This document shows, piece by piece, positions 8,007-16,109 of a DNA stretch of 54,238 bases. The notes under the pieces were generated by a model. That model did no database searches. It was not told the DNA's origin and worked only from the letters and a program-made list of their open reading frames with translations. Source of the stretch: Acidobacteriota bacterium (GTDB lineage: Bacteria; Acidobacteriota; Thermoanaerobaculia; UBA5066); assembly GCA_037443065.1 (NCBI GenBank), contig JBBIPB010000001.1, positions 1 to 54,238 of the forward strand, written 5' to 3'. The position numbers were made by a program, and so were the translations under genes. The first letter of the stretch is position 1. Every line of letters begins with the position of its first letter.

Positions 8007-9335
8007 TCAGACGAAGGACGGAACCGGGCGCGACGGCACGAGCCCTTCGAGCCGCGCCGAGACGGCGCCGACGACCGTCGCGTCGGGCACGCGACTCTTC
8101 GCGCCGAGAAAACCCGCACGTCCGACCCCGAGGCCCGAAAGCTCCACCGAGAGGCGCCCGGAGAGGGCACGGGGGCGGCCGCGTCCTTCGGCGGCCTGGC
8201 GCAGGAGGAGCACGTACCCTTCCGCGACGCGGTCGGGTCGGCGCCGCTTCCCCCATTCCGCGGCCGCCTCGCCCCGCGTCCTCGCCGCCGACGGATCGAA
8301 GGCGAGGCGCGACAGCTCGGCGGCGACCGCTTCCACTTCGCCCGCGCCGACCGGGATCTTCACCGCGAAGGAGTCGGGAAGCTCCCGGAACCACCCCGCG
8401 TCGCTCACGATGAACGGAAGCCCGAAACCCGCGAGCCGGCAGACGGCGCCCGAGGCCTCGCCGACCGTCGGATGCCTGAGATTCACCGCGAGGTCGGCGG
8501 CCGACGCGGCGCGCCAGAAATCGGCCTCGGGCAGATAGCCGGCGAAACCGACGTCGTTCTGAAGGCCGAGTTCGCGCGCGGCGATCCGGTGCGGGTCGTC
8601 GTCGCCTCCGGCGCCCCCGACGAAGAGGAACGGGCGCGAGGCGGGAGGAAGGCTCGCGAGAGCCGTGAGTACCTTGAGGACGCGCTTGGCCGGTGTCAGG
8701 ATGCCGAGCGCCACGGCGACCGGACGGTCGAGTGGCAGGCCGAGGGCGCGGCGCGCCTCGTCGCGCGGCGTCCGCGGGGCAGGGACGACGTGGTGCGGAA
8801 ACTCCACCACGTCCGTCCCCGGCGCCGCGCGGAGGATGCTTCCCGCGACGATCTTCGAGTGGACGACGAGGATCGCCGCCCGGCGGGCCGTCTCCGTCGA
8901 CATCGGGTAGCTCCACGGCTCGAGGTCCCAGACGGGGACCTTCCCACCCTTCTTCATCCGCTCCCAGAGGAGGTGCCCCTTTTCCCCGTGGTTTCGCGAG
9001 AGCTCCCGGCCGTACTCCTCCTCGCGGCCTCCGTCGAGGTACGCGGCCGCGAAGAGATGGTGCAGCGAGAAGTCGTGGAGGGTCACGACGGCGGGGGTCG
9101 TCCGCGCGTCGTCCGTCAGCGCCTCGTAGGTCGGCGCGTGCAGAGGGTCGTTCCCGATCTGGACCAGGACGACGTCGTGGCCCGATGTGAAGGCCCTCTT
9201 CGCCTCGGAGGGTGGATAGGCCGAAGCGTCCACGTGCGCCGCGACCGCCGGAAAGAGCTCCGAAGAAAAGTCCGCGATCCCGGACCTCACCGGCGGGAAG
9301 GGCGAGACGAAGCCGACGGAGAGCCGCCGGCTCAC
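8007..9335 (-). CDS. Glycosyltransferase, GT4-like (GT-B)
   Basis: The real start is GTG 9335-9333, which overlaps the upstream stop as GTGA. It reads VSRRLSVGFVSPFPPVRSGIADFS and, further on, VNLRHPTVGEASGAVCRLAGFGLPFIVSD (E-x7-E-type region). The upstream two thirds of listed ORF 8007..11123 is off-frame junk across the neighbouring genes. Confidence 0.8.
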   Translation of the reverse strand: MSRRLSVGFVSPFPPVRSGIADFSSELFPAVAAHVDASAYPPSEAKRAFTSGHDVVLVQIGNDPLHAPTYEALTDDARTTPAVVTLHDFSLHHLFAAAYLDGGREEEYGRELSRNHGEKGHLLWERMKKGGKVPVWDLEPWSYPMSTETARRAAILVVHSKIVAGSILRAAPGTDVVEFPHHVVPAPRTPRDEARRALGLPLDRPVAVALGILTPAKRVLKVLTALASLPPASRPFLFVGGAGGDDDPHRIAARELGLQNDVGFAGYLPEADFWRAASAADLAVNLRHPTVGEASGAVCRLAGFGLPFIVSDAGWFRELPDSFAVKIPVGAGEVEAVAAELSRLAFDPSAARTRGEAAAEWGKRRRPDRVAEGYVLLLRQAAEGRGRPRALSGRLSVELSGLGVGRAGFLGAKSRVPDATVVGAVSARLEGLVPSRPVPSFV

Positions 9336-10369
9336 CCGATTCCCCCGGCCGATAGAAGTGCCGTGACGGTGGCCTCCCACGTGATGCCGCGGACCCGCTC
9401 GTGTCCCGCCTCGCCGAGGCGGCGCGCGCGGGCCGGGTCGGCCAGCAGTTCCGCCGTCGCCTCGCCGAGAGCCTTGCCGTCTGGCGCGGCCACGCGCCCG
9501 CTCTCTCCGTCCACGACGAATTCCAGCGGGCCGCCCGAGTCCGTACAGGTGACGACCGGCTTCTTCGAGAGGAACGCCTCGAGGGCGATGTACCCGTAGT
9601 CCTCGTCCGCCGGGGTGAAAAGGACGGCTCCCGCCGTGGCATAGAGTTCCAGAAGCTCCTCGTCCGGGACGGCGCCGCGGAAGGTCACCGTCGCACGGCT
9701 CTTCTCGGCCAGTTTTCTGAGCCGTCCCTCGTCCGGCCCGGCGCCCGCAACGACCAGCGGGAACTTCCCCTCGGCAGCCGCCGCGATCGCGAGGTCGACC
9801 CGCTTCCACCGATCGAGCCGTCCCGCGATGAAGGCGAAGGCGCCGCTGTCTCCGCTCCGGTAGCGGCCCGCGAGCGGCGGCGGATGATAGAGGGCCTCCC
9901 CCTCGATGCCGTTGAAATGGCGCAGGCGCTCGGCCGTGTTCTTCGCGTTCGTGAAGATCTTCCGTGCCTCGCCGAGGCCCGTGAGGTCGGCCTCGTGGAT
10001 CAGCTCGCGCCAGCGTGTGTCCTCCGGCGAGGCCGTGAAGTCGCTGTCCGGCGTCCCGAAGCGGTCGTACGCCTGGCGGAACTGGTGGATGAGCCAGACG
10101 ACCTTGTTCGGATGGCGGACCATGTACGACGGGAACTTCATCGGGATGACGAGGTCGATCTTCCTGCCGTCGGCCTCGGTCACGTCCAGGAGGCGCCAGG
10201 CCATCGCCGACGTCATGATCTCCGGACGCGGATACCACTTGTACGGCAACTGGACCAGCTCCGTGTCGTGTCCGGCGGCCTTCAGCTCCCGGACGAGTCC
10301 CGCCGCGTGCCGCTCGGCGCCGCCGCCGGCGAAGGGGACCTGGGCGTTGCAGACGAGGATGCGCGCCAT
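9332..10369 (-). CDS. Glycosyltransferase family 4
   Basis: MARILVCNAQVPFAGGGAERHAAGL...FTPADEDYGYIALEAFLSKKPVVTCTDSGGPLEFV is a typical GT4 Glycos_transf_1 core. Confidence 0.85.
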   Translation of the reverse strand: MARILVCNAQVPFAGGGAERHAAGLVRELKAAGHDTELVQLPYKWYPRPEIMTSAMAWRLLDVTEADGRKIDLVIPMKFPSYMVRHPNKVVWLIHQFRQAYDRFGTPDSDFTASPEDTRWRELIHEADLTGLGEARKIFTNAKNTAERLRHFNGIEGEALYHPPPLAGRYRSGDSGAFAFIAGRLDRWKRVDLAIAAAAEGKFPLVVAGAGPDEGRLRKLAEKSRATVTFRGAVPDEELLELYATAGAVLFTPADEDYGYIALEAFLSKKPVVTCTDSGGPLEFVVDGESGRVAAPDGKALGEATAELLADPARARRLGEAGHERVRGITWEATVTALLSAGGIG

Positions 10370-12685
10370 CTACTTCCGTCCGATCACCGCGTAGTCCTGC
10401 GGCCCGAACAGAAGCCGCATCATCGGCCCCAGCTTCTCGTCGCTGCGCAGCTCGGCCGGAGGCGCCTCCGAGTCCGGAACAGGCGAACGCCAGTCGATCC
10501 GGACGTCGCGGAAGCCGGACGCCGAGAGGAGGCGGGCGAGCGAAGGTGCCGGCACCGGGCGGACGTGCGTGAGGTCCATCCAGAACCACTTCATCGCGTA
10601 CGCCGACTCGGGATTCACCGTCTCGATGAGGACGATCCCGCCGGGCGCGAGCTTCGCCGCGGCCAGCTCCACGAGATCGTAGAGGCGCGCCGGCGGAAGG
10701 TGCTCCACGACCTGGAACGCCGCGATCCCGCCGAGCGAGTCCTTCCGCCGCGCACCGAGCCACTCGAACAGGTCGGCCCGGTCGACCTTCAGCCCCTTCT
10801 TCTTCGCCCGCGCGGCCATGACGGGGTTCGCGTCGCACCCGACCCCTGGAATCCGGGCCGCCTTCAGCGCCTCGAGGAACTCGCCGCGCCCGCAGCCGAG
10901 GTCTGCGACGGGTCCGGGGGCCTTCCGGAAGAGGGCGACGTCCTTCTCCTGGCGCTTCCGGATCTCCTCCTCCGAGCCGCGGAATCCTTCCTCGAAGTCG
11001 ACGTAGATCCCGGCCCGGATCGGGTCGGATGCCGCGGGAGCGTCCGGCGGGCGGGCCGGAGCGGCTCCCTTCTTGACGGGCCGTCCGGAGAGCGAGCCGA
11101 TCTCCGAGCGGAGGGTGCTCCATTCGAGCTTGAGATGCCGGAGGTCTTCCGCCTCTCCGGCGAGGCGCGCCTCGAGAGCGGCGAGAGACGCCCTCAGCTC
11201 CTCCGCCGTCCGAACCCCCGCGGCGGAGGCTTCCGAGAGGCGGTCCCGGTCCTTCTCCATGCCGTCGACGCGAACCTGCGTCCGGAAGAGGTCGGCGGCG
11301 ATCTCGGAGGCGGCCTTCGCGCCGGAGGCCGAGATCTCCGCGAGGCGGTCGCGGTCTTTCCCGAGCAACTCGAGGCCGGCGCTCGTAGAGGCCGCCTCCG
11401 AGAGCAGAAGATCGCGGTTCTTCTCGAGCCCGTCGACCCGGACCTCCGTCTTCAGCAGCTCCGAGGAGATTTCCTCGGCCGTCCGCCCGCTCGCGGCGGA
11501 CTCATCCGAGAGGCGGTCGCGGTCCTTCTCGAGCCCGTCGACCCGGACCTCCGTCTTCAGCAGATCGGCGGCGATCTCCGCGGACGCCCGCGACCCTTCC
11601 GCCTGCGCGCTCGCGAGCCGGTCCCCGTCCTTTTCGAGATTCTCGAAACGGACATTCGCCGAAGAGGCCGCCGAGAGGAGGAGGTCCCGATCCCTCTCGA
11701 GCCCGTCGACGCGGACTTCCGTTTTCAGGAGATCGGCGGCGATCTCCGCGAACGACCGCGAGCCTTCTGCCTGCTCGGCCGCGAGCCGGTCCCGGTCCGT
11801 CTCGAGGCCGTCGACACGACTCTGCGTCGACACGACGTCCGCCGCCAGCGCCTCACGGGACCTCTCAACTGCCTCGACACGAAGCTGCGTCTCCTTCAGG
11901 TCGGCGGCGATCCCGTCGGCGCGGTTCTTGAAGTGGGCCAGCGAGGCCGCCGTCCCGGTCTCGACTCTCCGGAGCCGCTCCAGCGTGCTCCGAAGCTCCG
12001 TTCTCGACTCCTCCAAGCGCCGCGACTCGGTCTGTTGCGCCTCGTCCAGCCGTCCGAGCCGGGTCGCGAGTTCCTCGAGGCTCAGGTGCTGGGCATCGAG
12101 CGACCTTTTCGACTCTTCGCGGGCCGCTTGAAGCGCCTCTTCGAGAGTGATGCGGCTCTTCTCGAGCGCGTCGAGGACCCGCCGCTCCGAATCGCGCCCC
12201 GCTTGCTCCGCGGCTTCAGCCCGGGCGAGCGCGCCTCCGGCCTCTCGCCGCGCCGCCTCCGCCGCCTCCGCGGCGTCCGCGGCCCCGGTGCGGGCGCGTT
12301 CGATCGCCGCTCCCGTTTCCCGGAAGGCGCCGTCGGCCACCAGCAGGGCCCCACGAATCGCTTCGAGGACCGCCGAGTTGAAGACTGTCTGGTCTCGCGT
12401 GACGATCCGGAGGACCCGGAGCAGCAGCGCCTTCAGGGGACGAAGCGAGGCCTCGGGAGGGAGAAACGGAGAGACGTACCCGGCCCCGTTTTCGAGGACG
12501 GCACGCGGGCTCCGGAAGTCGGCGAGGGGAGGCGGCGCGCCCGGGACGGAAGCCGCCGCGCCTCTCACGGCGGCCGGGACGGGTCCCTGAGAGAGCGAGG
12601 CCGAGATGGCCGCCAGCCGGTCCACGAGGTCCCGCGCCAGCGCCGCGGCGTCTGCCGGCCTCGAATCGGGCGTTTTCGCCTTCAT
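10370..12685 (-). CDS. Coiled-coil repeat protein with C-terminal class I SAM-dependent methyltransferase domain
   Basis: The protein is 771 aa. Residues about 125-530 are Ala/Glu/Arg/Leu-rich helical repeats. The C-terminal part has the SAM motif I VADLGCGRGEF plus IAAFQVVEHL and GGIVLIET. Its stop abuts the ATG of the next GT4. Confidence 0.8.
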   Translation of the reverse strand: MKAKTPDSRPADAAALARDLVDRLAAISASLSQGPVPAAVRGAAASVPGAPPPLADFRSPRAVLENGAGYVSPFLPPEASLRPLKALLLRVLRIVTRDQTVFNSAVLEAIRGALLVADGAFRETGAAIERARTGAADAAEAAEAARREAGGALARAEAAEQAGRDSERRVLDALEKSRITLEEALQAAREESKRSLDAQHLSLEELATRLGRLDEAQQTESRRLEESRTELRSTLERLRRVETGTAASLAHFKNRADGIAADLKETQLRVEAVERSREALAADVVSTQSRVDGLETDRDRLAAEQAEGSRSFAEIAADLLKTEVRVDGLERDRDLLLSAASSANVRFENLEKDGDRLASAQAEGSRASAEIAADLLKTEVRVDGLEKDRDRLSDESAASGRTAEEISSELLKTEVRVDGLEKNRDLLLSEAASTSAGLELLGKDRDRLAEISASGAKAASEIAADLFRTQVRVDGMEKDRDRLSEASAAGVRTAEELRASLAALEARLAGEAEDLRHLKLEWSTLRSEIGSLSGRPVKKGAAPARPPDAPAASDPIRAGIYVDFEEGFRGSEEEIRKRQEKDVALFRKAPGPVADLGCGRGEFLEALKAARIPGVGCDANPVMAARAKKKGLKVDRADLFEWLGARRKDSLGGIAAFQVVEHLPPARLYDLVELAAAKLAPGGIVLIETVNPESAYAMKWFWMDLTHVRPVPAPSLARLLSASGFRDVRIDWRSPVPDSEAPPAELRSDEKLGPMMRLLFGPQDYAVIGRK
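11237..11911 (-). repeat. In-frame tandem repeats encoding the coiled coil (motif RVDGLEKDRDRL)
   Basis: A DRDRL-type motif occurs 8 times (SREAL, DRDRL, DRDLL, DGDRL, DRDRL, NRDLL, DRDRL, DRDRL). Successive copies are 21, 35, 21, 35, 35, 21 and 35 residues apart. Near-identical DNA blocks are visible, for example gagcccgtcgacccggacctccgtcttcagcag twice. Confidence 0.75.
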
Positions 12686-12711
12686 GACCGCTCTATATTA
12701 CCGGCTTCATC

Positions 12712-13319
12712 ATGAGAGACACCGCCGCACGCCGTCGCGAAATCATGCTCCTCGCCTCGGTCGCCGCGGCCGCTCTCCTCGCCGTCGCCGGATTCCCCGG
12801 GTCGGCGGAGAGATCCTCCGAGGCCGCGCCTCCGGGCACTCCCGCGCCCGCCGCTCCGTCGGCGAAGGAGCTTCCGGGAATCGCCATCGGCCCCCCGAGC
12901 ACCGCCGAAGGGACGCTCGCGCCCCTCGAGTACCCCGGCGAACGGCACCTCCGGAACGTTCGCCAGCTGACGTTCGGCGGCGAGAACGCCGAAGCCTACT
13001 GGTCGGCCGACGCGGACGGGGGCCAGGTGAAGCGGCTGACGACGCCGGATGGATCGTCCACCGGGCCTCCCATCCCGCCGAGCCGGCCGCGATCGAGTCC
13101 TTCCGGTCGCTCCTCGCGCGTCATCTCATCCGGCCCCGGTCGCTCGAGATCCGCGTCATGAAGGCGGACGGGACGGGCCTCGAGCAGATCACCTTCAACC
13201 CGACCTTCGACGGCTTCCCGATGTTCTCGCCCGACGGCAAGAAGCTCGTCTTCTGCTCGAACCGGCACAACGCCCGCCCGAGCGACACGAACGTCTTTCT
13301 CGCCGACTGGGTTCCCTGA
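12712..13319 (+). pseudogene. Collapsed and frameshifted PD40/TolB-like beta-propeller gene
   Basis: Frame 1 (12712 onward) gives a signal peptide and a first blade: LEYPGERHLRNVRQLTFGGENAEAYWSADADGGQVKRLTTPDG. The reading must shift near 13045-13055 (ggatggat) to continue as WIVHRASHP...SFRSLLARHLIRPRSLEIRVMKADGTGLEQITFNPTFDGFPMFSPDGKKLVFCSNRHNARPSDTNVFLADWVP. Only about 200 codons remain, where this family normally has a multi-blade propeller. Confidence 0.5.
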
Positions 13320-13320
13320 G

Positions 13321-14439
13321 TCACGCCTCTCCGGCGGACGCGTCCCCATCCGTGCCCTCGCGCCGGGCGGCGCGCCGCATGGCCTCGAGGAGGGTCAGCC
13401 CCGTCGCGAGGACGATCGGCCCGATGAAGACTCCGAGGAGCCCGAACGCGGCGATGCCGCCGAAGACTCCGAGAAAGACGACGAGGGTCGTCAGCTCCCC
13501 GCCGCCCCTGATGAGGAGGGGTTTCAGGAAGTTGTCGGTCGTCGCGACGGCGACGATGCCCCAGGCGAAGAGGAAGATCGCCGCTCCCGTCCGCCCCTGA
13601 GCGGCGAGCGCGATTGCGCCCGGTATCCAGACGAGGGCCGTCCCGCCGATCGGCAGAAGGGAGAGGACCGCCATCGCGGCCCCGGCGAGGAACGCCGACG
13701 GAAGCCCCGCCAGAGCCCATCCGATCCCGCCGATCGCGCCTTGCACGGCGGCCGTGAGGAGGGAGCCACGGAAGATCGACTGGAGCATCGACGCGAGACG
13801 CTGCATCACCTTCCGCCGCTCCTCCTCCGAGAGCGGCAGGAGTTCCGAGACGGCGTCCGCCATCTCGTCGCCGTCGCGGAGGAGGAAGAAGAGAAGGACC
13901 ATCGCCATCAGGAAGGTCATGACACCGCCGAGGAATCCGACGACGATGCCTCCGCCGGCCGACGCCAGAGCCGAGGAGAGCTTCGCGATCGTCTGGGCCG
14001 CGTGCTGCTTGACGGTCTCGGAGGTGACCCCCGTCTCGCTCTGCACCCAGGCGACGGCTCGACCGACCACGGGGACCGACGTCAGATCTCCCGCGAGAAC
14101 CGGCTCGCGGCTCCGGAGATACTGGACGAAAGAGCTCGCGGCCTGCCCCGCCTGCTCGGCGAGCGCCGCGACGAGGAGTCCGACCGGAAGGAGGACGACG
14201 AGGGACACGAGGAGCGACGTGACGGCCGCGGCCAGCGATCGCCACGCCCGGAAGCGCCGTTCGATCCGGACCCAGAGCGGGCGGAGGCCGACCGCCAGGA
14301 CGATCGCCCACGCGATCGACTCGAAGAACGGGCGCAGGATCACGTACGAGAGCACTCCGAGGACGGCCGCGAGGACGACGAAGAACGCCGTGGCGTAAGA
14401 GGGCCTCTCGCGGACCGCGTGGCTCACGACAGGAATCAT
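13321..14439 (-). CDS. AI-2E family (PerM/UPF0118) transporter
   Basis: A multi-pass membrane protein with the family-typical C-terminal core: LLPIGGTALVWIPGAIALA...TDNFLKPLLIRGGGELTTLVVFLGVFGGIAAFGLLGVFIGPIVLA. Confidence 0.85.
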   Translation of the reverse strand: MIPVVSHAVRERPSYATAFFVVLAAVLGVLSYVILRPFFESIAWAIVLAVGLRPLWVRIERRFRAWRSLAAAVTSLLVSLVVLLPVGLLVAALAEQAGQAASSFVQYLRSREPVLAGDLTSVPVVGRAVAWVQSETGVTSETVKQHAAQTIAKLSSALASAGGGIVVGFLGGVMTFLMAMVLLFFLLRDGDEMADAVSELLPLSEEERRKVMQRLASMLQSIFRGSLLTAAVQGAIGGIGWALAGLPSAFLAGAAMAVLSLLPIGGTALVWIPGAIALAAQGRTGAAIFLFAWGIVAVATTDNFLKPLLIRGGGELTTLVVFLGVFGGIAAFGLLGVFIGPIVLATGLTLLEAMRRAARREGTDGDASAGEA

Positions 14440-14469
14440 ACGAGAGGGGCGTTGCTAAACTGACCCTCA

Positions 14470-15333
14470 ATGGGTCCTCTTTCGGCGCGTGTCCAGCGAT
14501 CCCCTCCTCCGGCCCGCCCCGCCGACCCGGTGGCGCTCTCGGAAGCCACCGTTTCGGCGGCGCTCGAGGAAGGCTTCACCGCAGCGGGTGTCGTCAGCGC
14601 CGCGGCGCCCGCCACGTTCGACCTCTTTTCGGCCTGGATCCGGGAGGAGCGTCACGGCGGGATGCGCTGGCTGGAGCGGGACTTCGAGGCCCGGAAGCGT
14701 TACGACGCGATCCTCCCCTTCGCGTGCGCCGTGCTCGCCGTCGCCCGGGAAGTCCCGGGGAGGGGCGAGGGAAACGTCGCGAAGTACGCCCGCGGCGAGG
14801 ACTACCACCGCGTCGTCCGGAGGCACCTGAAGCGCGTCGTCGACCGGATTCGCCTCCTCTCTCCTCCGGGCTCCCATTTCCGCGTCTGCGTCGACACGGC
14901 GCCGCTCCTCGAGCGTGACGCGGCCGTCCGCGCGGGGCTCGGCTCCATCGGGAAGAACGGAATGCTCATCGTCCCCGGCGTCGGCTCGAACGTCGTCCTC
15001 GGCGAGATCGTGACGGACGTCGCGCTCGCCTCGACGGCGGCGGCTCCCGGGGAGAGTCCCGACGTCTGCCGGACGTGCACGGCCTGCCTCGAAGGCTGCC
15101 CGACGGGCGCGTTCGTCGCCCCCCGCGTTCTCGACGCCCGGAAGTGCATCTCGTACCTGACGATCGAGAAACGCGGACCTCTCGCGCCCGAGGAGGAAGC
15201 CGCGCTGGGCGGGCGCCTCTTCGGGTGCGACGTCTGCCAGGACGTCTGCCCCTGGAACGCGCACCAGGATCCATCCGGCCCTCCGCGCGGACCGTCCGCC
15301 TCGCTCTCGCCGGCGTCGGGGCCCTGCCCGTGA
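14470..15333 (+). CDS. queG: Epoxyqueuosine reductase, short form lacking the C-terminal HEAT-like domain
   Basis: Carries KYARGEDYHRVV, VDTAPLLERDAAVRAGLGSIGKNGMLI, two 4Fe-4S motifs (CRTCTACLEGCP and CDVCQDVCPWN) and CISYLTIE. The ORF ends 24 aa after CPWN. Confidence 0.85.
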   Translation: MGPLSARVQRSPPPARPADPVALSEATVSAALEEGFTAAGVVSAAAPATFDLFSAWIREERHGGMRWLERDFEARKRYDAILPFACAVLAVAREVPGRGEGNVAKYARGEDYHRVVRRHLKRVVDRIRLLSPPGSHFRVCVDTAPLLERDAAVRAGLGSIGKNGMLIVPGVGSNVVLGEIVTDVALASTAAAPGESPDVCRTCTACLEGCPTGAFVAPRVLDARKCISYLTIEKRGPLAPEEEAALGGRLFGCDVCQDVCPWNAHQDPSGPPRGPSASLSPASGPCP

Positions 15334-16109
15334 GCGGGACGGTCCTCGTCGTCGCCGGAGTCTTCGTCAGGGACGGGCGGCTCCTTCTCGCGCAGCGCCC
15401 TCCGGGGGGAGGCTACCCGGGGCTCTGGGAGTTTCCGGGCGGGAAAGTCCACGCCGGCGAAACGCCGGAGGAGGCCCTCGTCCGCGAATGGCAGGAGGAG
15501 CTCGACGCGACCCTCGCGGGGCTTCGCCCGGACGGATTCGCGCGCGATGGAAACGTGACCCTGCTCTTCTTCCGCGTCGGCGCCCTCCTCGGAGAGCCGC
15601 GGCCGAAAGGGTGTGCCGCGGTCCGGTGGTGCCGGGCACCGGAGGCACGGCTCCTCGCGATGCCGCCGGCCGACCTCGAGACTCTCGCCCGCCTCGACCG
15701 GGGCATGGAGGGGTTCGCAGACACGGAAGGGCCCGGGACTCCCGCTCTCCTCGAGTCGGCCCGCGAGAGGACCGCGTTCATCCCCGGATCCGAAGGGCTC
15801 GCGCCGGGAATCGCCGTCACCTTCCGGAAGCAGAGACTCACCGGCCGCCCCGGCCTCGACGGCATCCTCGTCGACACTCCGTCCGGCCCGCGCGCGTTCG
15901 AGAATCTCTGTCCGCACGTCCCGATCACGCTCGACCGGATGCACGACGGGATCGTCTCGGCCGACGGCCGGCACCTCGTCTGTCAGAATCACGGGGCCCT
16001 CTTCGTGCTTCCCTCCGGACGCTGTGTCTCGGGCCCCTGCGAAGGGGACTCGCTCCGCGAGATCCCGATCGAGCCTTCGGGAGGCGGCTGGGCGGTGGCG
16101 CACCGATGA
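15330..16109 (+). CDS. Nudix (MutT-like) hydrolase fused to a Rieske [2Fe-2S] domain
   Basis: The start GTG 15330 overlaps the queG stop (GTGA). The Nudix box is GGKVHAGETPEEALVREWQEELD. The C-terminal part has C194-P-H196-x21-C218-Q-N-H221 (nt 15909-15992), which is the Rieske CxH...CxxH pattern. Confidence 0.75.
   Translation: MSGTVLVVAGVFVRDGRLLLAQRPPGGGYPGLWEFPGGKVHAGETPEEALVREWQEELDATLAGLRPDGFARDGNVTLLFFRVGALLGEPRPKGCAAVRWCRAPEARLLAMPPADLETLARLDRGMEGFADTEGPGTPALLESARERTAFIPGSEGLAPGIAVTFRKQRLTGRPGLDGILVDTPSGPRAFENLCPHVPITLDRMHDGIVSADGRHLVCQNHGALFVLPSGRCVSGPCEGDSLREIPIEPSGGGWAVAHR

Noticed and set aside
11237-11911. Tandem DNA repeats that at first glance could be a CRISPR-like or satellite array.
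   Set aside because: The repeats are in frame inside a long ORF and encode a conserved peptide motif at heptad-compatible spacing. They are not separated by unique spacers of uniform size, and no cas genes are present.
7918-12715. Very long ORFs 7918..9642(-), 9401..12715(+) and the 5' two thirds of 8007..11123(-), with Arg/Pro/Gly-rich translations.
   Set aside because: These are off-frame or antisense readings of the GT4, GT4 and methyltransferase genes. Their composition is the typical stop-poor artefact of GC-rich DNA. They have no motifs, and the real genes already explain the region.
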